Below, one piece after another: positions 8,280-17,642 of a DNA stretch of 55,949 bases; positions within the stretch are counted from its first letter, which is position 1, and each line of letters starts with the position of its first letter. A program made the translations under genes and the position numbers. The DNA lies in assembly GCA_023264495.1 (NCBI GenBank), contig JAHFMM010000001.1, forward strand, positions 1 to 55,949. The letters run 5' to 3'. The DNA comes from a bacterium. Lineage in GTDB: Bacteria > Patescibacteriota > Minisyncoccia > Phycocordibacterales > Phycocordibacteraceae. The notes beneath the pieces were generated by a model that did not search any database, was not told the DNA's origin, and worked only from the letters and a program-made list of their open reading frames with translations.

Positions 8280-9128
8280 ATGAAAACGTACCGACCCACC
8301 ACTGATAGTCGTCGCTCAATGACAACCTTGCCTTATAAGGAGCTTTTGTCAGGCGACGAGCCGCACAAGCCACTCCTTGGCATCAAGAGTCGTCGCGGAG
8401 GGCGAAATAATGCTGGGCGCATCACCATGCGTCATCAAGGCGGTGGCCACAAGCGCCGATTGCGCGATGTCGACTTCTCATACAGTAAAAAGAATATCCC
8501 CGCAATCATCGAGACAGTCGAGTATGATCCGTTCCGCTCAGCATTCATCGGTCTTGCGCTCTATAAGGACGGCGAACGCCGCTATGTCGTCCTCCCGAAG
8601 GAAGTGAAGGTGGGGAGTACCTTTATCGTCTCAGAAGATGCTCCGCTCACCGCAGGCAATCGTCTCCCTCTCGGGAAGATACCGGTCGGCACCGCGGTCT
8701 ATAATATCGAGATCGCTCCAGGCACCGGCGCAAGTCTTGTGCGATCGGCAGGTACGTATGCTGAGGTTGTTGCGCATGACGCGGGCTATGCGCAGATCAA
8801 GCTCCCTTCGACTGAAGTCCGAAAAGTCTCTGACCTCGCATGGGCCTCGATCGGCACAGTCGGCAATGAAGAGTACAATCTCGTCGTTATCGGCAAGGCA
8901 GGCCGCAGCCGCTGGCTCGGCATCCGCCCGACTGTGCGCGGTACGGCGATGAACCCGGTTGACCATCCGCACGGCGGCGGCGAAGGGCGTCAGGGCCGCG
9001 GTCTGCGCCGCGCGAAGAGCAAGTGGGGCAAGCCGACCGGCAAGGGGCAGAAGACCCGCACACCGAAGAAGTACTCAAACGTCTTTATCGTTTCGCGCCG
9101 CAAGGTCGGCAAGAAGCGGAAAGGCTAA
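8280..9128 (+). CDS. rplB: 50S ribosomal protein L2
   Basis: [19 protein letters not shown] and [12 protein letters not shown] motifs. Confidence 0.96.
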   Translation: MKTYRPTTDSRRSMTTLPYKELLSGDEPHKPLLGIKSRRGGRNNAGRITMRHQGGGHKRRLRDVDFSYSKKNIPAIIETVEYDPFRSAFIGLALYKDGERRYVVLPKEVKVGSTFIVSEDAPLTAGNRLPLGKIPVGTAVYNIEIAPGTGASLVRSAGTYAEVVAHDAGYAQIKLPSTEVRKVSDLAWASIGTVGNEEYNLVVIGKAGRSRWLGIRPTVRGTAMNPVDHPHGGGEGRQGRGLRRAKSKWGKPTGKGQKTRTPKKYSNVFIVSRRKVGKKRKG

Positions 9129-9138
9129 TCTTAATGTT

Positions 9139-9181
9139 AAATGCACACCCCCGCGGCCGAGAGGCCGCGGGCTTTGCATTT
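9139..9181 (+). terminator. GC-rich hairpin terminator after rplB
   Basis: CCCGCGGCC-GAGA-GGCCGCGGG, flanked by AAATGCA/TGCATTT. Confidence 0.6.
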
Positions 9182-9280
9182 AACAGTTTGTGTGATTATA
9201 TGCGCGAGGGAAGCAGTACATCCTATCGCAGCAAATCAATCAACCTGCCGCATCTGCGGCTCAACAAGAGGAGAAACATC

Positions 9281-10414
9281 ATGAGCACACCCGCTCGGCA
9301 GTACCCGAAGTTATTGGCGAATATTGCCGCTATCAACGCTATTTACAGCGTGCCGCCACAGGTCTTTGCAGTTGGCGATCAGGAAAACAGATCAGGGGAA
9401 AGTAAAGGATCGCTCGCAATCCTCGGATTCGCAAGAGCGAACGGGTTGTCGAACATTTTTGAAATCCTGCCGATGTTCGGCGAAGCATACGATGAGGTTC
9501 TCGCTGATCCAAATGGTACCAGTCATGCCAACATCCGTGCGCTCACGAAACATGGTATGGATGGGGTGGTGCTTGAACAAGGAGTCGAACTCCGTCCCGA
9601 GCTCAAGCTCATCCGCGATGCATTCCCGCACCGGGCTGAATTCAAGCCAGACAGTCATCCGAAAGATGTACGCGAAGCGGTCGAATTTGTCATCAGCGAA
9701 CTCGATTGCGGGCGTATGCGCGTTGCCATGAAGCTCGGTTATCGTTGGTGGACGAATCAGGCGGTGAAAGAAGCGATACTTCTATCGTTCAGGCTCAGGG
9801 ATAATCGCGTGATGAATGGCGGTGACATGCAGTATTTCGACAAGGTGGAGCCGAAATTCTCTGGCGCATTGCCAGCGGATTATTTCACGAATGCCGGCAT
9901 ACGTGTCGTGCCTCCCGCAGTTGCGCGCAAGGGTGCCTACATCGCTAAGAATGTGGTGCTGATGCCCTCCTATGTGAATATCGGCGCGTATGTAGACGAA
10001 GGCACGATGGTGGACACTTGGGCTACCGTCGGCTCCTGCGCACAGATCGGCAAGAACGTGCATTTGAGCGGCGGTGTCGGTATCGGCGGCGTGATCGAGC
10101 CCGTGCAGGCCAACCCGACTATCATCGAGGACAACTGTTTTATCGGCGCGCGCTCAGAGATTGTCGAGGGCGTGATCGTAGAAGAGGGCTCGGTGATCTC
10201 GATGGGCGTATTCATCGGCCAGAGCACCAAAATCCTCGATCGCGAGACCGGTGAAATAAGTTATGGCCGCATACCGGCAGGCTCGGTGGTGGTCAGCGGC
10301 AATTTGCCCGCCAAGGACGGCAGTCACAGCCTGTACTGCGCCGTAATCGTGAAGAAGGTGGATGCCCAGACACGCGGCAAAGTCGGTATCAACGAGTTGC
10401 TGCGGGGGATCTGA
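9281..10414 (+). CDS. dapD: tetrahydrodipicolinate N-succinyltransferase-like (DapD-type hexapeptide acyltransferase) with about 100 aa of N-terminal extension
   Basis: The C-terminal two thirds match my recollection of proteobacterial DapD ([62 protein letters not shown]). AAGAGGAG SD lies 7 nt before ATG 9281. Confidence 0.85.
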   Translation: MSTPARQYPKLLANIAAINAIYSVPPQVFAVGDQENRSGESKGSLAILGFARANGLSNIFEILPMFGEAYDEVLADPNGTSHANIRALTKHGMDGVVLEQGVELRPELKLIRDAFPHRAEFKPDSHPKDVREAVEFVISELDCGRMRVAMKLGYRWWTNQAVKEAILLSFRLRDNRVMNGGDMQYFDKVEPKFSGALPADYFTNAGIRVVPPAVARKGAYIAKNVVLMPSYVNIGAYVDEGTMVDTWATVGSCAQIGKNVHLSGGVGIGGVIEPVQANPTIIEDNCFIGARSEIVEGVIVEEGSVISMGVFIGQSTKILDRETGEISYGRIPAGSVVVSGNLPAKDGSHSLYCAVIVKKVDAQTRGKVGINELLRGI

Positions 10415-10473
10415 ACGACAACGTTCTTCGTGCGACATTGTGGCCTAGGGGGAACCCTGGGCCATCGTTTTAT

Positions 10474-11271
10474 CTAACGATACGCAGGTTTCAGGATGTC
10501 TGAGAGGTCAGTAAGCGGGATGCGGAGGGTTTGCGGCCCAGCAGAGTAGGGAGCGACTGCGTAAGGCGCAAAGAGGATGACGAGATCGTTATTGTCGAAG
10601 AAAAAATTATCGAAATTCTTTTCCTCGGGCGTCGTGCCGGGCAGAATGAAGTTCTTGATAAAATCAGCGTCAGCTAGCTTTGTGCCAATGACCGCAGGGA
10701 GCTTCGTGCGAGCTATGCGCGAGAGTGCCGCAAGATACTCAGACCCAGGGACAAAGAGGTCGGTAAGAGCGAGCGGCGCGCCAGCTTGCCCTGAGTGAGT
10801 CGAAGGGTCAGTATCGAAGGAGAAGGTTTTGAAGAATAGGTTCGGATGCGCTCCAAGCGTATCTTCAGTGATAGTAAAGATGTATGAAAGCGTATGTGCT
10901 GATGAGCCGATGAGATACGTGATCTGGAGAGACTCCTTGCGACCCTTGTCGAAGCCCATCATGACGATGTCATGGGAGGTAAGATTAGCAAAGTTCCCAT
11001 TGGTTTTAAATTTGGTAATCGTACTACTCACAAATTCCTTCATTAAAGCAACGGCTGCTGTATTTGCCACAGCGCTGACGGTTACTATGTCGGTACTGGA
11101 GGCGTAATTAGCAGCGATATCATAATAGGGCGCATGTTCTGTATATTTTGAGCCAGAAAGTATCGTTACCGGCATTTCTGGAGGCGAGGATGGGCGTATC
11201 GCCAAATAAGAAATAAGCCCGATACCGATAATAAGAAGGGCGAGACTGCCGATAAGAGTATCTCTACGCAT
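10474..11271 (-). CDS. membrane-anchored DUF3298/DUF4163-like (RsiV/PdaC C-terminal-like) protein
   Basis: N-terminal transmembrane segment, then an extracytoplasmic domain resembling DUF3298 proteins. TATACT lies 6 nt before ATG 11271. Confidence 0.5.
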   Translation of the reverse strand: MRRDTLIGSLALLIIGIGLISYLAIRPSSPPEMPVTILSGSKYTEHAPYYDIAANYASSTDIVTVSAVANTAAVALMKEFVSSTITKFKTNGNFANLTSHDIVMMGFDKGRKESLQITYLIGSSAHTLSYIFTITEDTLGAHPNLFFKTFSFDTDPSTHSGQAGAPLALTDLFVPGSEYLAALSRIARTKLPAVIGTKLADADFIKNFILPGTTPEEKNFDNFFFDNNDLVILFAPYAVAPYSAGPQTLRIPLTDLSDILKPAYR

Positions 11272-11358
11272 TCGGGTAGTATAGCAACACATGAGTCGTT
11301 AGAATCAGGCCACACTATAGCAGATGCGGTAATGGAGTGGAATGAGGGAGGCGATTTG

Positions 11359-11387
11359 TTGACGTTTCGAAGCAGGTACGGTATCTT
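11359..11387 (+). promoter_or_regulatory. putative promoter restarting the S10/spc operon at rpsS
   Basis: TTGACG (11359-11364), 17-nt spacer, TATCTT (11382-11387). Confidence 0.45.
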
Positions 11388-11425
11388 TCTTATATCCCGC
11401 AGCGCGGGCTTTTCATTACTTTCTT

Positions 11426-11776
11426 ATGGCACGGTCACTCAAGAAGGGTCCCTTCGTGGATGCAAAACTCCTGAAGAAGCTCGTCGATAAGAAACCAGCA
11501 ACGGCTGGCGTTATTAAGACATGGGCGCGCCGCAGCCAGATCAGTCCGGAGATGGTCGGATTCACCTTTGGCGTCCATAACGGCAAGAGCCACCTCGAAG
11601 TCTTGGTGTCTGAGGAGATGGTGGGGCATCGTCTCGGCGAATTCTCCCCGACAAAGAAATTCGTCCGGCACGGCGGTAAGATGCAGAAGGAGCTTGAGCA
11701 GAAGAAGCAGCAAGCTGAGATTACTGCCGCAAAGGCTGCAAAGGCTTCTCCGGCGCCTGCCGCGAAGAAGAAATAA
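11426..11776 (+). CDS. rpsS: 30S ribosomal protein S19 with a Lys/Ala-rich C-terminal tail
   Basis: S19 core ([10 protein letters not shown]...[10 protein letters not shown]) plus a tail of about 25 aa. Confidence 0.93.
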   Translation: MARSLKKGPFVDAKLLKKLVDKKPATAGVIKTWARRSQISPEMVGFTFGVHNGKSHLEVLVSEEMVGHRLGEFSPTKKFVRHGGKMQKELEQKKQQAEITAAKAAKASPAPAAKKK

Positions 11777-11784
11777 ATATATCT

Positions 11785-12105
11785 ATGGCAAACGCAACTC
11801 TTAAAAGCCACAACCAACCTCCGCGCAAAGTTCGGCTTGTAACGGATTTGGTGAAGGGTAAGAAGGTACCGGCTGCGCTTCTCGCACTTGAACACCTTCC
11901 TCGCCGCGCATCAGAGCCGGTACAGAAGCTTATCGAGAGCGCCGCCGCGAATGCAAAGTCCGCAGGCAAGAACGTCGATGAACTCACGGTGAAATCGATT
12001 CTCGTTGAGAATGCCGGCATGACGAAGAAGTATATGCCACGCGCCTTTGGACGCGCTTCAGCAATCCGCCGCCGCAAGAGCCGCGTCATCGTGACACTCG
12101 CATAA
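11785..12105 (+). CDS. rplV: 50S ribosomal protein L22
   Basis: L22-like sequence in the conserved position. Confidence 0.92.
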   Translation: MANATLKSHNQPPRKVRLVTDLVKGKKVPAALLALEHLPRRASEPVQKLIESAAANAKSAGKNVDELTVKSILVENAGMTKKYMPRAFGRASAIRRRKSRVIVTLA

Positions 12106-12115
12106 TTTACCTACT

Positions 12116-12814
12116 ATGACGCACATCGTACATCCCTACGCACATCGCCTCGGCATCATCCGAGATTGGAAGAGCCGCTGGTTTGCCGCTGATGCAAAGA
12201 GCTACCGCACTAATATCAAAGTCGATGAGACAATCCGCCGTTTCCTCACCAAGCGCTTGCGCGGGACCTACACGAGCGGTATCGAGATCGAACGCTCGGC
12301 AAACGAGCTCCGTGTAACGCTCTCGACTGCCCGCCCCGGGCTCGTCATTGGGCGCTCTGGCGAGAATGCCGCGAAGCTCCGCACCGAGCTTGCCGCGGTC
12401 GTACGCACGGCCGCGCCGAACGACACGCGTACTCTGAAGCTTGATGTCAATGAGATTCACCAACCCGAGACCGATGCGGCTGTGGTGGCATACATGATTG
12501 CCGAGGGTCTTGAGAAGCGCATGCCGTTCCGCCGGGTGATGAAGCAGACGATCGAGAAGGTGATTGCCGTGCGCGAGGTCGAAGGGGTGCGCATCATGAT
12601 CTCAGGTCGTCTTGGCGGCGCTGAGATGAGCCGCAAGGAGCAGCTTAAGAAGGGACGCATTCCATTGCAGACCTTCCGTGCTGATATTGATTTCGCACAC
12701 GAACAGGCCTACCTGCCGTATGGCGTCATCGGTATCAAGGTGTGGATCTATCGCGGTAATGTATACCAGGACAAGAAGGCTCCGGCACGCATCCCTGTCT
12801 CGGTCGCGGCATAA
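12116..12814 (+). CDS. rpsC: 30S ribosomal protein S3
   Basis: KH-domain S3 sequence (GIIRDWKSRWFA, RPGLVIGRSG). Confidence 0.95.
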   Translation: MTHIVHPYAHRLGIIRDWKSRWFAADAKSYRTNIKVDETIRRFLTKRLRGTYTSGIEIERSANELRVTLSTARPGLVIGRSGENAAKLRTELAAVVRTAAPNDTRTLKLDVNEIHQPETDAAVVAYMIAEGLEKRMPFRRVMKQTIEKVIAVREVEGVRIMISGRLGGAEMSRKEQLKKGRIPLQTFRADIDFAHEQAYLPYGVIGIKVWIYRGNVYQDKKAPARIPVSVAA

Positions 12815-12825
12815 TTGATTGACTT

Positions 12826-13248
12826 ATGTTATTCCCTAAAAAAGTAAAACACCGCAAGTGGCAGACGCAGCGCATGAGCGAGAAGCGTTTGAATCGTCCT
12901 GACACGCGCGGGGTCGAGGTTGTGTTCGGCTCGTTTGCGCTCAAGGCGCTCACGCCGGCGCGCATGACGAGCAACCAGATCGAGGCTGCGCGTAAAGTGC
13001 TTACCCGTGCGACTGCAAAGACAGGGAAGCTCTGGATCCGCATCTTTCCTGACCGACCGGTCACAGCAAAGCCGGCTGAGGTCGGTATGGGAAGCGGTAA
13101 GGGCGATCCGAAGCACTACGTCTTTCAGGTGCGCCCAGGCCGTGTCCTCTTCGAGATGGACGGCGTGCCTGAAGATATTGCGCGCGCGCATCTGCGACAA
13201 GCGGGGATGAAGCTCCCGATGAAGACGGCTGTGGTTGCGCGCCATTAA
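12826..13248 (+). CDS. rplP: 50S ribosomal protein L16
   Basis: MLFPKKVKHRK...GKGDPKHYV, typical L16. Confidence 0.95.
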   Translation: MLFPKKVKHRKWQTQRMSEKRLNRPDTRGVEVVFGSFALKALTPARMTSNQIEAARKVLTRATAKTGKLWIRIFPDRPVTAKPAEVGMGSGKGDPKHYVFQVRPGRVLFEMDGVPEDIARAHLRQAGMKLPMKTAVVARH

Positions 13249-13267
13249 TTGCTTTTTATACTCAGAT

Positions 13268-13489
13268 ATGACAAAAAGAGAAGTAATGACGACTAAGACC
13301 GATCAAGAGCTCGCAAAGCTCCTTGCCGATACACGCGCCGCTTTTCGTGAAGTGCGGTTTGCCGCTGCAGGCGCACGTGCGAAGGATCCGAATGCAGCGA
13401 AGAAGTCTCGGGCAACGATCGCGCGCATACGAAGCGAACAACACGCCCGTTCGGTGAGCTCGAGCCAAACTGCCGCTCCGGCCAAATAA
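13268..13489 (+). CDS. rpmC: 50S ribosomal protein L29
   Basis: Small helical protein at the L29 position. The ATG at 13268 was chosen. Confidence 0.85.
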   Translation: MTKREVMTTKTDQELAKLLADTRAAFREVRFAAAGARAKDPNAAKKSRATIARIRSEQHARSVSSSQTAAPAK

Positions 13490-13492
13490 CAT

Positions 13493-13768
13493 ATGGAACA
13501 AAAAACAACCAATCCCCAATCATTTGTCGGAACCGTCGTGAAGACGGCGATGAAAGACACGGCTACGGTGCGAGTCGACCGCTACGTGAAAGATGCGAAG
13601 TACAAGAAGTATTCGGTACGCTCGAAGAAGTTCCTCGCCCATAATCCGGGAGACGCGGCGCAAGTCGGCGACACGGTAACGATTGTCGCGACACGCCCGA
13701 TCTCGAAGATGAAGAGCTTCGCAATCGATTCGACCAAGACGGTGTCGGCGGCAAAAGAGAGCGAATAA
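13493..13768 (+). CDS. rpsQ: 30S ribosomal protein S17
   Basis: GTVVKTAMKDTATVRVDR...YKKY, S17-like. Confidence 0.9.
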   Translation: MEQKTTNPQSFVGTVVKTAMKDTATVRVDRYVKDAKYKKYSVRSKKFLAHNPGDAAQVGDTVTIVATRPISKMKSFAIDSTKTVSAAKESE

Positions 13769-13774
13769 ACATAT

Positions 13775-14152
13775 ATGTTGCAACCTCAATCAATCGTACG
13801 TGTGGCGGATAATTCGGGCGGGCAGGTTGCCCGCATCTTCAAGGTGCTCGGCGGGAGCAAGCGCCGCTATGCCGAGATCGGCGACACGGTGGTCGTCTCC
13901 ATCCAGACCGCGCAGCCGCGCAAGGCGGTAAAGAAGAAAGATATTTACCGCGCGATTGTCGTCCGCCAGACGAAGCCGTTTGGCCGCAAGGACGGTTCGC
14001 ACGTCCGTTTTGACGAGAATGCGGTCGTGCTCATCGAGAAGCAGGGTAAGGAGATGGCCCCGAAAGGGAATCGCATCTTCGGTCCGGTACCGCGCGAGCT
14101 CTCCGAGCTCGGCTGGCATTCTATCGTCTCGCTCGCCCCTGAAGTCGTATAA
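13775..14152 (+). CDS. rplN: 50S ribosomal protein L14
   Basis: MLQPQSIVRVADNSGG, typical L14. Confidence 0.95.
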   Translation: MLQPQSIVRVADNSGGQVARIFKVLGGSKRRYAEIGDTVVVSIQTAQPRKAVKKKDIYRAIVVRQTKPFGRKDGSHVRFDENAVVLIEKQGKEMAPKGNRIFGPVPRELSELGWHSIVSLAPEVV

Positions 14153-14157
14153 CGAAT

Positions 14158-14400
14158 ATGTCTATGCATGTCAAAAAAGGAGATACCGTGCGAGTGATTA
14201 CCGGAAAAGACAAGGGGAAGTCCGGGGTTATTGTGCGCGCGTTGCCGAAGGAAAATAAAGTCGTTATTGAAGGAGTTGCTCTCGTGAAGCGCCATGTCAA
14301 GGGGAAGGCGGGTCAGGTAGGGCATATCGCCGAGCGCCCACGTCCGATTAACGCATCAAACGTCCAGCTCACGAAGCAAGGTAGCGCCGCGAAGAAATAA
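14158..14400 (+). CDS. rplX: 50S ribosomal protein L24 (short form)
   Basis: KOW motif KKGDTVRVITGKDKGKSG. Confidence 0.9.
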   Translation: MSMHVKKGDTVRVITGKDKGKSGVIVRALPKENKVVIEGVALVKRHVKGKAGQVGHIAERPRPINASNVQLTKQGSAAKK

Positions 14401-14404
14401 ATCT

Positions 14405-14956
14405 ATGTCTACCACCAAACAAAAACAAGTATCAGCATATAAGGAATTGTCAGGTGCGTTCGGGTATACGAGCGTGATGCAGAGTCCGCGCATTACAAAA
14501 GTCATCGTCTCAACAGGCGTTGGTAAGAAGCGAGACAAGAAGGTCATCGAGGTTATCGAAAACCGTCTCGCGAAGATTACGGGACAGAAGCCGGCGCCGC
14601 GCGCCGCGCGCCTCTCGATCGCTTCGTTCAAGTTGCGCGAGGGCGACACGGTTGGCCTCCAAGTGACGCTCCGCGGCGCACGGATGTATGACTTCATCGA
14701 TAAGCTCATTCATATCGCGCTTCCTCGCACGCGCGACTTCCGCGGCCTCTCGGCCAAGGCGATCGATGCTATGGGGAACATGACCATCGGTATCAAAGAG
14801 AACTCGATTTTCCCTGAAACCTCCGATGAAGACTTGAAGGACGTCTTCGGGCTTGCTATCACCATCGTTACCACCGCTTCTTCGAAGGCAGAAGCAGAGG
14901 CATTCTTCCGTCATCTCGGACTCCCGCTCATCGTTGACGGAGAGAAGAAACGCTGA
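14405..14956 (+). CDS. rplE: 50S ribosomal protein L5
   Basis: L5-like sequence in the conserved position. Confidence 0.95.
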   Translation: MSTTKQKQVSAYKELSGAFGYTSVMQSPRITKVIVSTGVGKKRDKKVIEVIENRLAKITGQKPAPRAARLSIASFKLREGDTVGLQVTLRGARMYDFIDKLIHIALPRTRDFRGLSAKAIDAMGNMTIGIKENSIFPETSDEDLKDVFGLAITIVTTASSKAEAEAFFRHLGLPLIVDGEKKR

Positions 14957-14991
14957 TAAGCTGTGCACACGCTCCTCGGGGCTTATTTTTT

Positions 14992-15261
14992 ATGGCAAAA
15001 AAGTCACAACTCGCACGATACGCCAAGAAGGCGAAACTCGTCATGAAGTACGCAGAGAAGCGTGCATCCTTGAAGGCGGCTGGCGATTCGGCCGGGCTCC
15101 AGGCGCTTCCGCGGAATTCGTCCCCTATCAGACTCAAGAATCGTTGCGCGATTACCGGTCGTTCGCGCGGCTATATGCGTACCTTCGGTATCTCGCGCAT
15201 CCTCTTCCGCGAGCTAGCACGCGAAGGCAAGATCCCGGGCGTTAAGAAAGCATCATGGTAA
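14992..15261 (+). CDS. rpsN: 30S ribosomal protein S14 (long form without the zinc-binding cysteines)
   Basis: [27 protein letters not shown]...W C-terminus. Confidence 0.9.
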   Translation: MAKKSQLARYAKKAKLVMKYAEKRASLKAAGDSAGLQALPRNSSPIRLKNRCAITGRSRGYMRTFGISRILFRELAREGKIPGVKKASW

Positions 15262-15659
15262 CCGACCGCGTTGGCGATTTCATCATACGTCTCCAGAATG
15301 CCGCAATGGCCGGCAAGGCAGATGTGGTTGCGCCGCACTCTTCGCACCTCGCCGCTATCGCAGCGAAGCTTAAGGATCTCGGTTTTATCGCATCGGTCGA
15401 GACGCGCGTTCGCGATGAGGCCGGAGTCAAGAAAGATCTTGCCATACAGCTCGCCTATGATGATCGCGGACAGGCGCGGTTGCGAGGAGTAAAGCGAATC
15501 AGCTCTCCTGGCCGCCGACTGTATTCGTCGAGTACTGAGGCACACACAGTGAAGGGCGGTACCGGCGCGCGCATCATCTCATCGCCGCAGGGCATTGTGA
15601 CTGACCGTGAGGCGCGCAAGAACCATGTTGGCGGTGAGAACATGTTTGAAATCTGGTAA
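15255..15659 (+). CDS. rpsH: 30S ribosomal protein S8
   Basis: [13 protein letters not shown]...[10 protein letters not shown]8-like. Confidence 0.93.
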   Translation: MVTDRVGDFIIRLQNAAMAGKADVVAPHSSHLAAIAAKLKDLGFIASVETRVRDEAGVKKDLAIQLAYDDRGQARLRGVKRISSPGRRLYSSSTEAHTVKGGTGARIISSPQGIVTDREARKNHVGGENMFEIW

Positions 15660-15664
15660 ATAGT

Positions 15665-16195
15665 ATGAGCCGTCTCGCGCGAAAACCAATAGCAGCAGGC
15701 AAGGCGACCGTCTCGGTCAATGATGGTGTCCTTACAGTGAAAGGGTCAAAAGGGACGCTCACGAAACGCGTGCATCCTACCGTTGCAGTCTCGGTTGCAG
15801 GGTCAGAAGTGACGGTTGCGCCGAAGAATCACTCACGCCTCGCGAAGGCGCTTACAGGAACCTTCGCCTCGCACGTGAAGAATATGACGCAGGGCGTCGA
15901 GACGCCATTCTTGAAGAAACTCATTCTCGAAGGAGTTGGATACCGTGTCGAGATCAAAGGCAAGGATGTTGTCCTCACAGTCGGGTTCTCGCACACCGTA
16001 CCGCTTACGATACCTGATGACATTACGGCAACGGTCGAGAAGAATGCCATCAAGCTCGAGAGTATCAACAAGGAGTCGCTCGGGCAGTTCGCGGCAAATA
16101 TTCGCCGCGTGAAGCCGCCAGAGCCGTACCTCGGGAAGGGTATTCGCTACGAAGGCGAAATAATCCGCCGCAAGCAGGGCAAAAAAGCCGTCTAA
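15665..16195 (+). CDS. rplF: 50S ribosomal protein L6
   Basis: SRLARKPI...GVGYRV...PEPYLGKGIRY. Confidence 0.93.
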   Translation: MSRLARKPIAAGKATVSVNDGVLTVKGSKGTLTKRVHPTVAVSVAGSEVTVAPKNHSRLAKALTGTFASHVKNMTQGVETPFLKKLILEGVGYRVEIKGKDVVLTVGFSHTVPLTIPDDITATVEKNAIKLESINKESLGQFAANIRRVKPPEPYLGKGIRYEGEIIRRKQGKKAV

Positions 16196-16202
16196 TCATC
16201 AT

Positions 16203-16553
16203 ATGCAAAACGCACCAACAACTAAAAGTGAACTCCGGAAGCGCCGCCACGCGCGCGTACGAGCGATTATCAAAGGAACGGCAACCCGTCCGCGCTTGGC
16301 GGTGTATCGCAGCAATCGTTTCGTCTCGGCACAGCTTATCGATGATGAGGCAGGGAAGACGATTGCGGCAGCGCATGGCCGCGAGTTTAAGGGTCCGCAA
16401 TCGATGCAGGCGAAATCGGTCGGCGAAGCTATTGCGACAAAAGCGAAGGATGCGAACATTACGACAATTGTTTTTGATCGCGCCGGATACCGCTATGGTG
16501 GGCAGGTAAAGACGCTTGCCGATGCGGCACGAGCAGGAGGACTTATTTTCTAA
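16203..16553 (+). CDS. rplR: 50S ribosomal protein L18
   Basis: RLAVYRSNRFVSAQLIDD...FDRAGYRYGGQVKTLADAARAGGL. Confidence 0.92.
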   Translation: MQNAPTTKSELRKRRHARVRAIIKGTATRPRLAVYRSNRFVSAQLIDDEAGKTIAAAHGREFKGPQSMQAKSVGEAIATKAKDANITTIVFDRAGYRYGGQVKTLADAARAGGLIF

Positions 16554-16557
16554 TAGT

Positions 16558-17178
16558 ATGACCACGACGATACCTATGGAGACAGAGCAAGAAACACTAC
16601 AGACCGTTGCGCCTGTCGAAACAGTCGTTGAGAATACCGACATGGCGGAGGTTGCGGCTGCTCCGGCTCAAGAGGGCCGAGGCCGTGGGGCTATTCGCGG
16701 CCGCGGGCAGCGTACTGGCGGCCGCACCCGTCCGCCGCGCGAGCGAGGAGAATTTGATCAGGTGACGATTGATGCCCGCCGCGTGGCGCGCGTGATGGCC
16801 GGCGGCCGCCGTTTCAATTTCAGTCTCGTGGTGGTGATTGGCGACCGCAAAGGTCGAGTCGGTGTCGGTCTCGGCAAGGGAGTCGATACGGCGCTTGCAA
16901 TAGATAAAGCGACTCGCGATGCGAAGAAACATCTCTTCACCGTCCCGCGCACCGACACCGGATCAATACCGCACCAGGTGTCGGCGAAATACGCTTCATC
17001 GGTAATTGAGATCATCCCATCGACCGGTCGCGGTCTCGTGGCCGGCTCGGCGATGCGCACAGTGCTCGATCTCGCCGGAGTGACCGATGTGGTGACCAAG
17101 ATCCACTCGCGCTCAAAGAACAAGCTCACGATCGCTCGCGCAACAGTCGCTGCGCTTAAGGAGCTCCGCGCCAAATAA
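16558..17178 (+). CDS. rpsE: 30S ribosomal protein S5 with an acidic then RG-rich N-terminal extension
   Basis: S5 core (RVARVMAGGRRFNFS...GDRKGRVGVGLGK). The ATG at 16558 was chosen. Confidence 0.93.
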   Translation: MTTTIPMETEQETLQTVAPVETVVENTDMAEVAAAPAQEGRGRGAIRGRGQRTGGRTRPPRERGEFDQVTIDARRVARVMAGGRRFNFSLVVVIGDRKGRVGVGLGKGVDTALAIDKATRDAKKHLFTVPRTDTGSIPHQVSAKYASSVIEIIPSTGRGLVAGSAMRTVLDLAGVTDVVTKIHSRSKNKLTIARATVAALKELRAK

Positions 17179-17189
17179 TTTCCTATACT

Positions 17190-17642
17190 ATGCAACTCAA
17201 CACCATCGCTCCCCGTGTGAAGAATAAGAAACCGCCCCATGTCGGTCGCGGCGGCAAGCGCGGCAAGACGAGCGGTCGCGGCGGAAAGGGGCAGACAGCG
17301 CGCGCCGGGCACAAAGTGCGCCCGGAGGTGCGTGATTTCATCAAGAAGTTCCCGAAGCTTCGCGGGCATGGCAAGAATCGTTCTCGCACGGTCCGAACGA
17401 ACCGTACGGTTGCGGCAGCAGTGAATCTTGCTGTGCTCGATGCCGCGTATCAAGCAGGAGAGACGGTCTCGCCGGCAACGCTTCTCGCAAAAGGCCTGGT
17501 GCGGCGAGTAAAAGGCCGTGTCCCGGAGGTTAAGATTCTTGGTATGGGAACGCTTACGAAAGCACTGATAGTGAGCGGCTGTGCTCTGTCTGCGACAGCG
17601 CGCGCTGCGGTCACGGCAGCGGGCGGCACTATCCATGACTAG
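17190..17642 (+). CDS. rplO: 50S ribosomal protein L15
   Basis: GRGGKRGKTSGRGGKGQTARAG motif. It starts 11 nt after rpsE, so there is no L30 gene. Confidence 0.9.
   Translation: MQLNTIAPRVKNKKPPHVGRGGKRGKTSGRGGKGQTARAGHKVRPEVRDFIKKFPKLRGHGKNRSRTVRTNRTVAAAVNLAVLDAAYQAGETVSPATLLAKGLVRRVKGRVPEVKILGMGTLTKALIVSGCALSATARAAVTAAGGTIHD

Noticed and set aside
9023-9280. The longer 463-aa version of the DapD-like ORF starting inside rplB
   Set aside because: It overlaps the rplB 3' end and the rplB terminator hairpin. A strong SD precedes ATG 9281, so the upstream part is treated as non-coding read-through of the frame.
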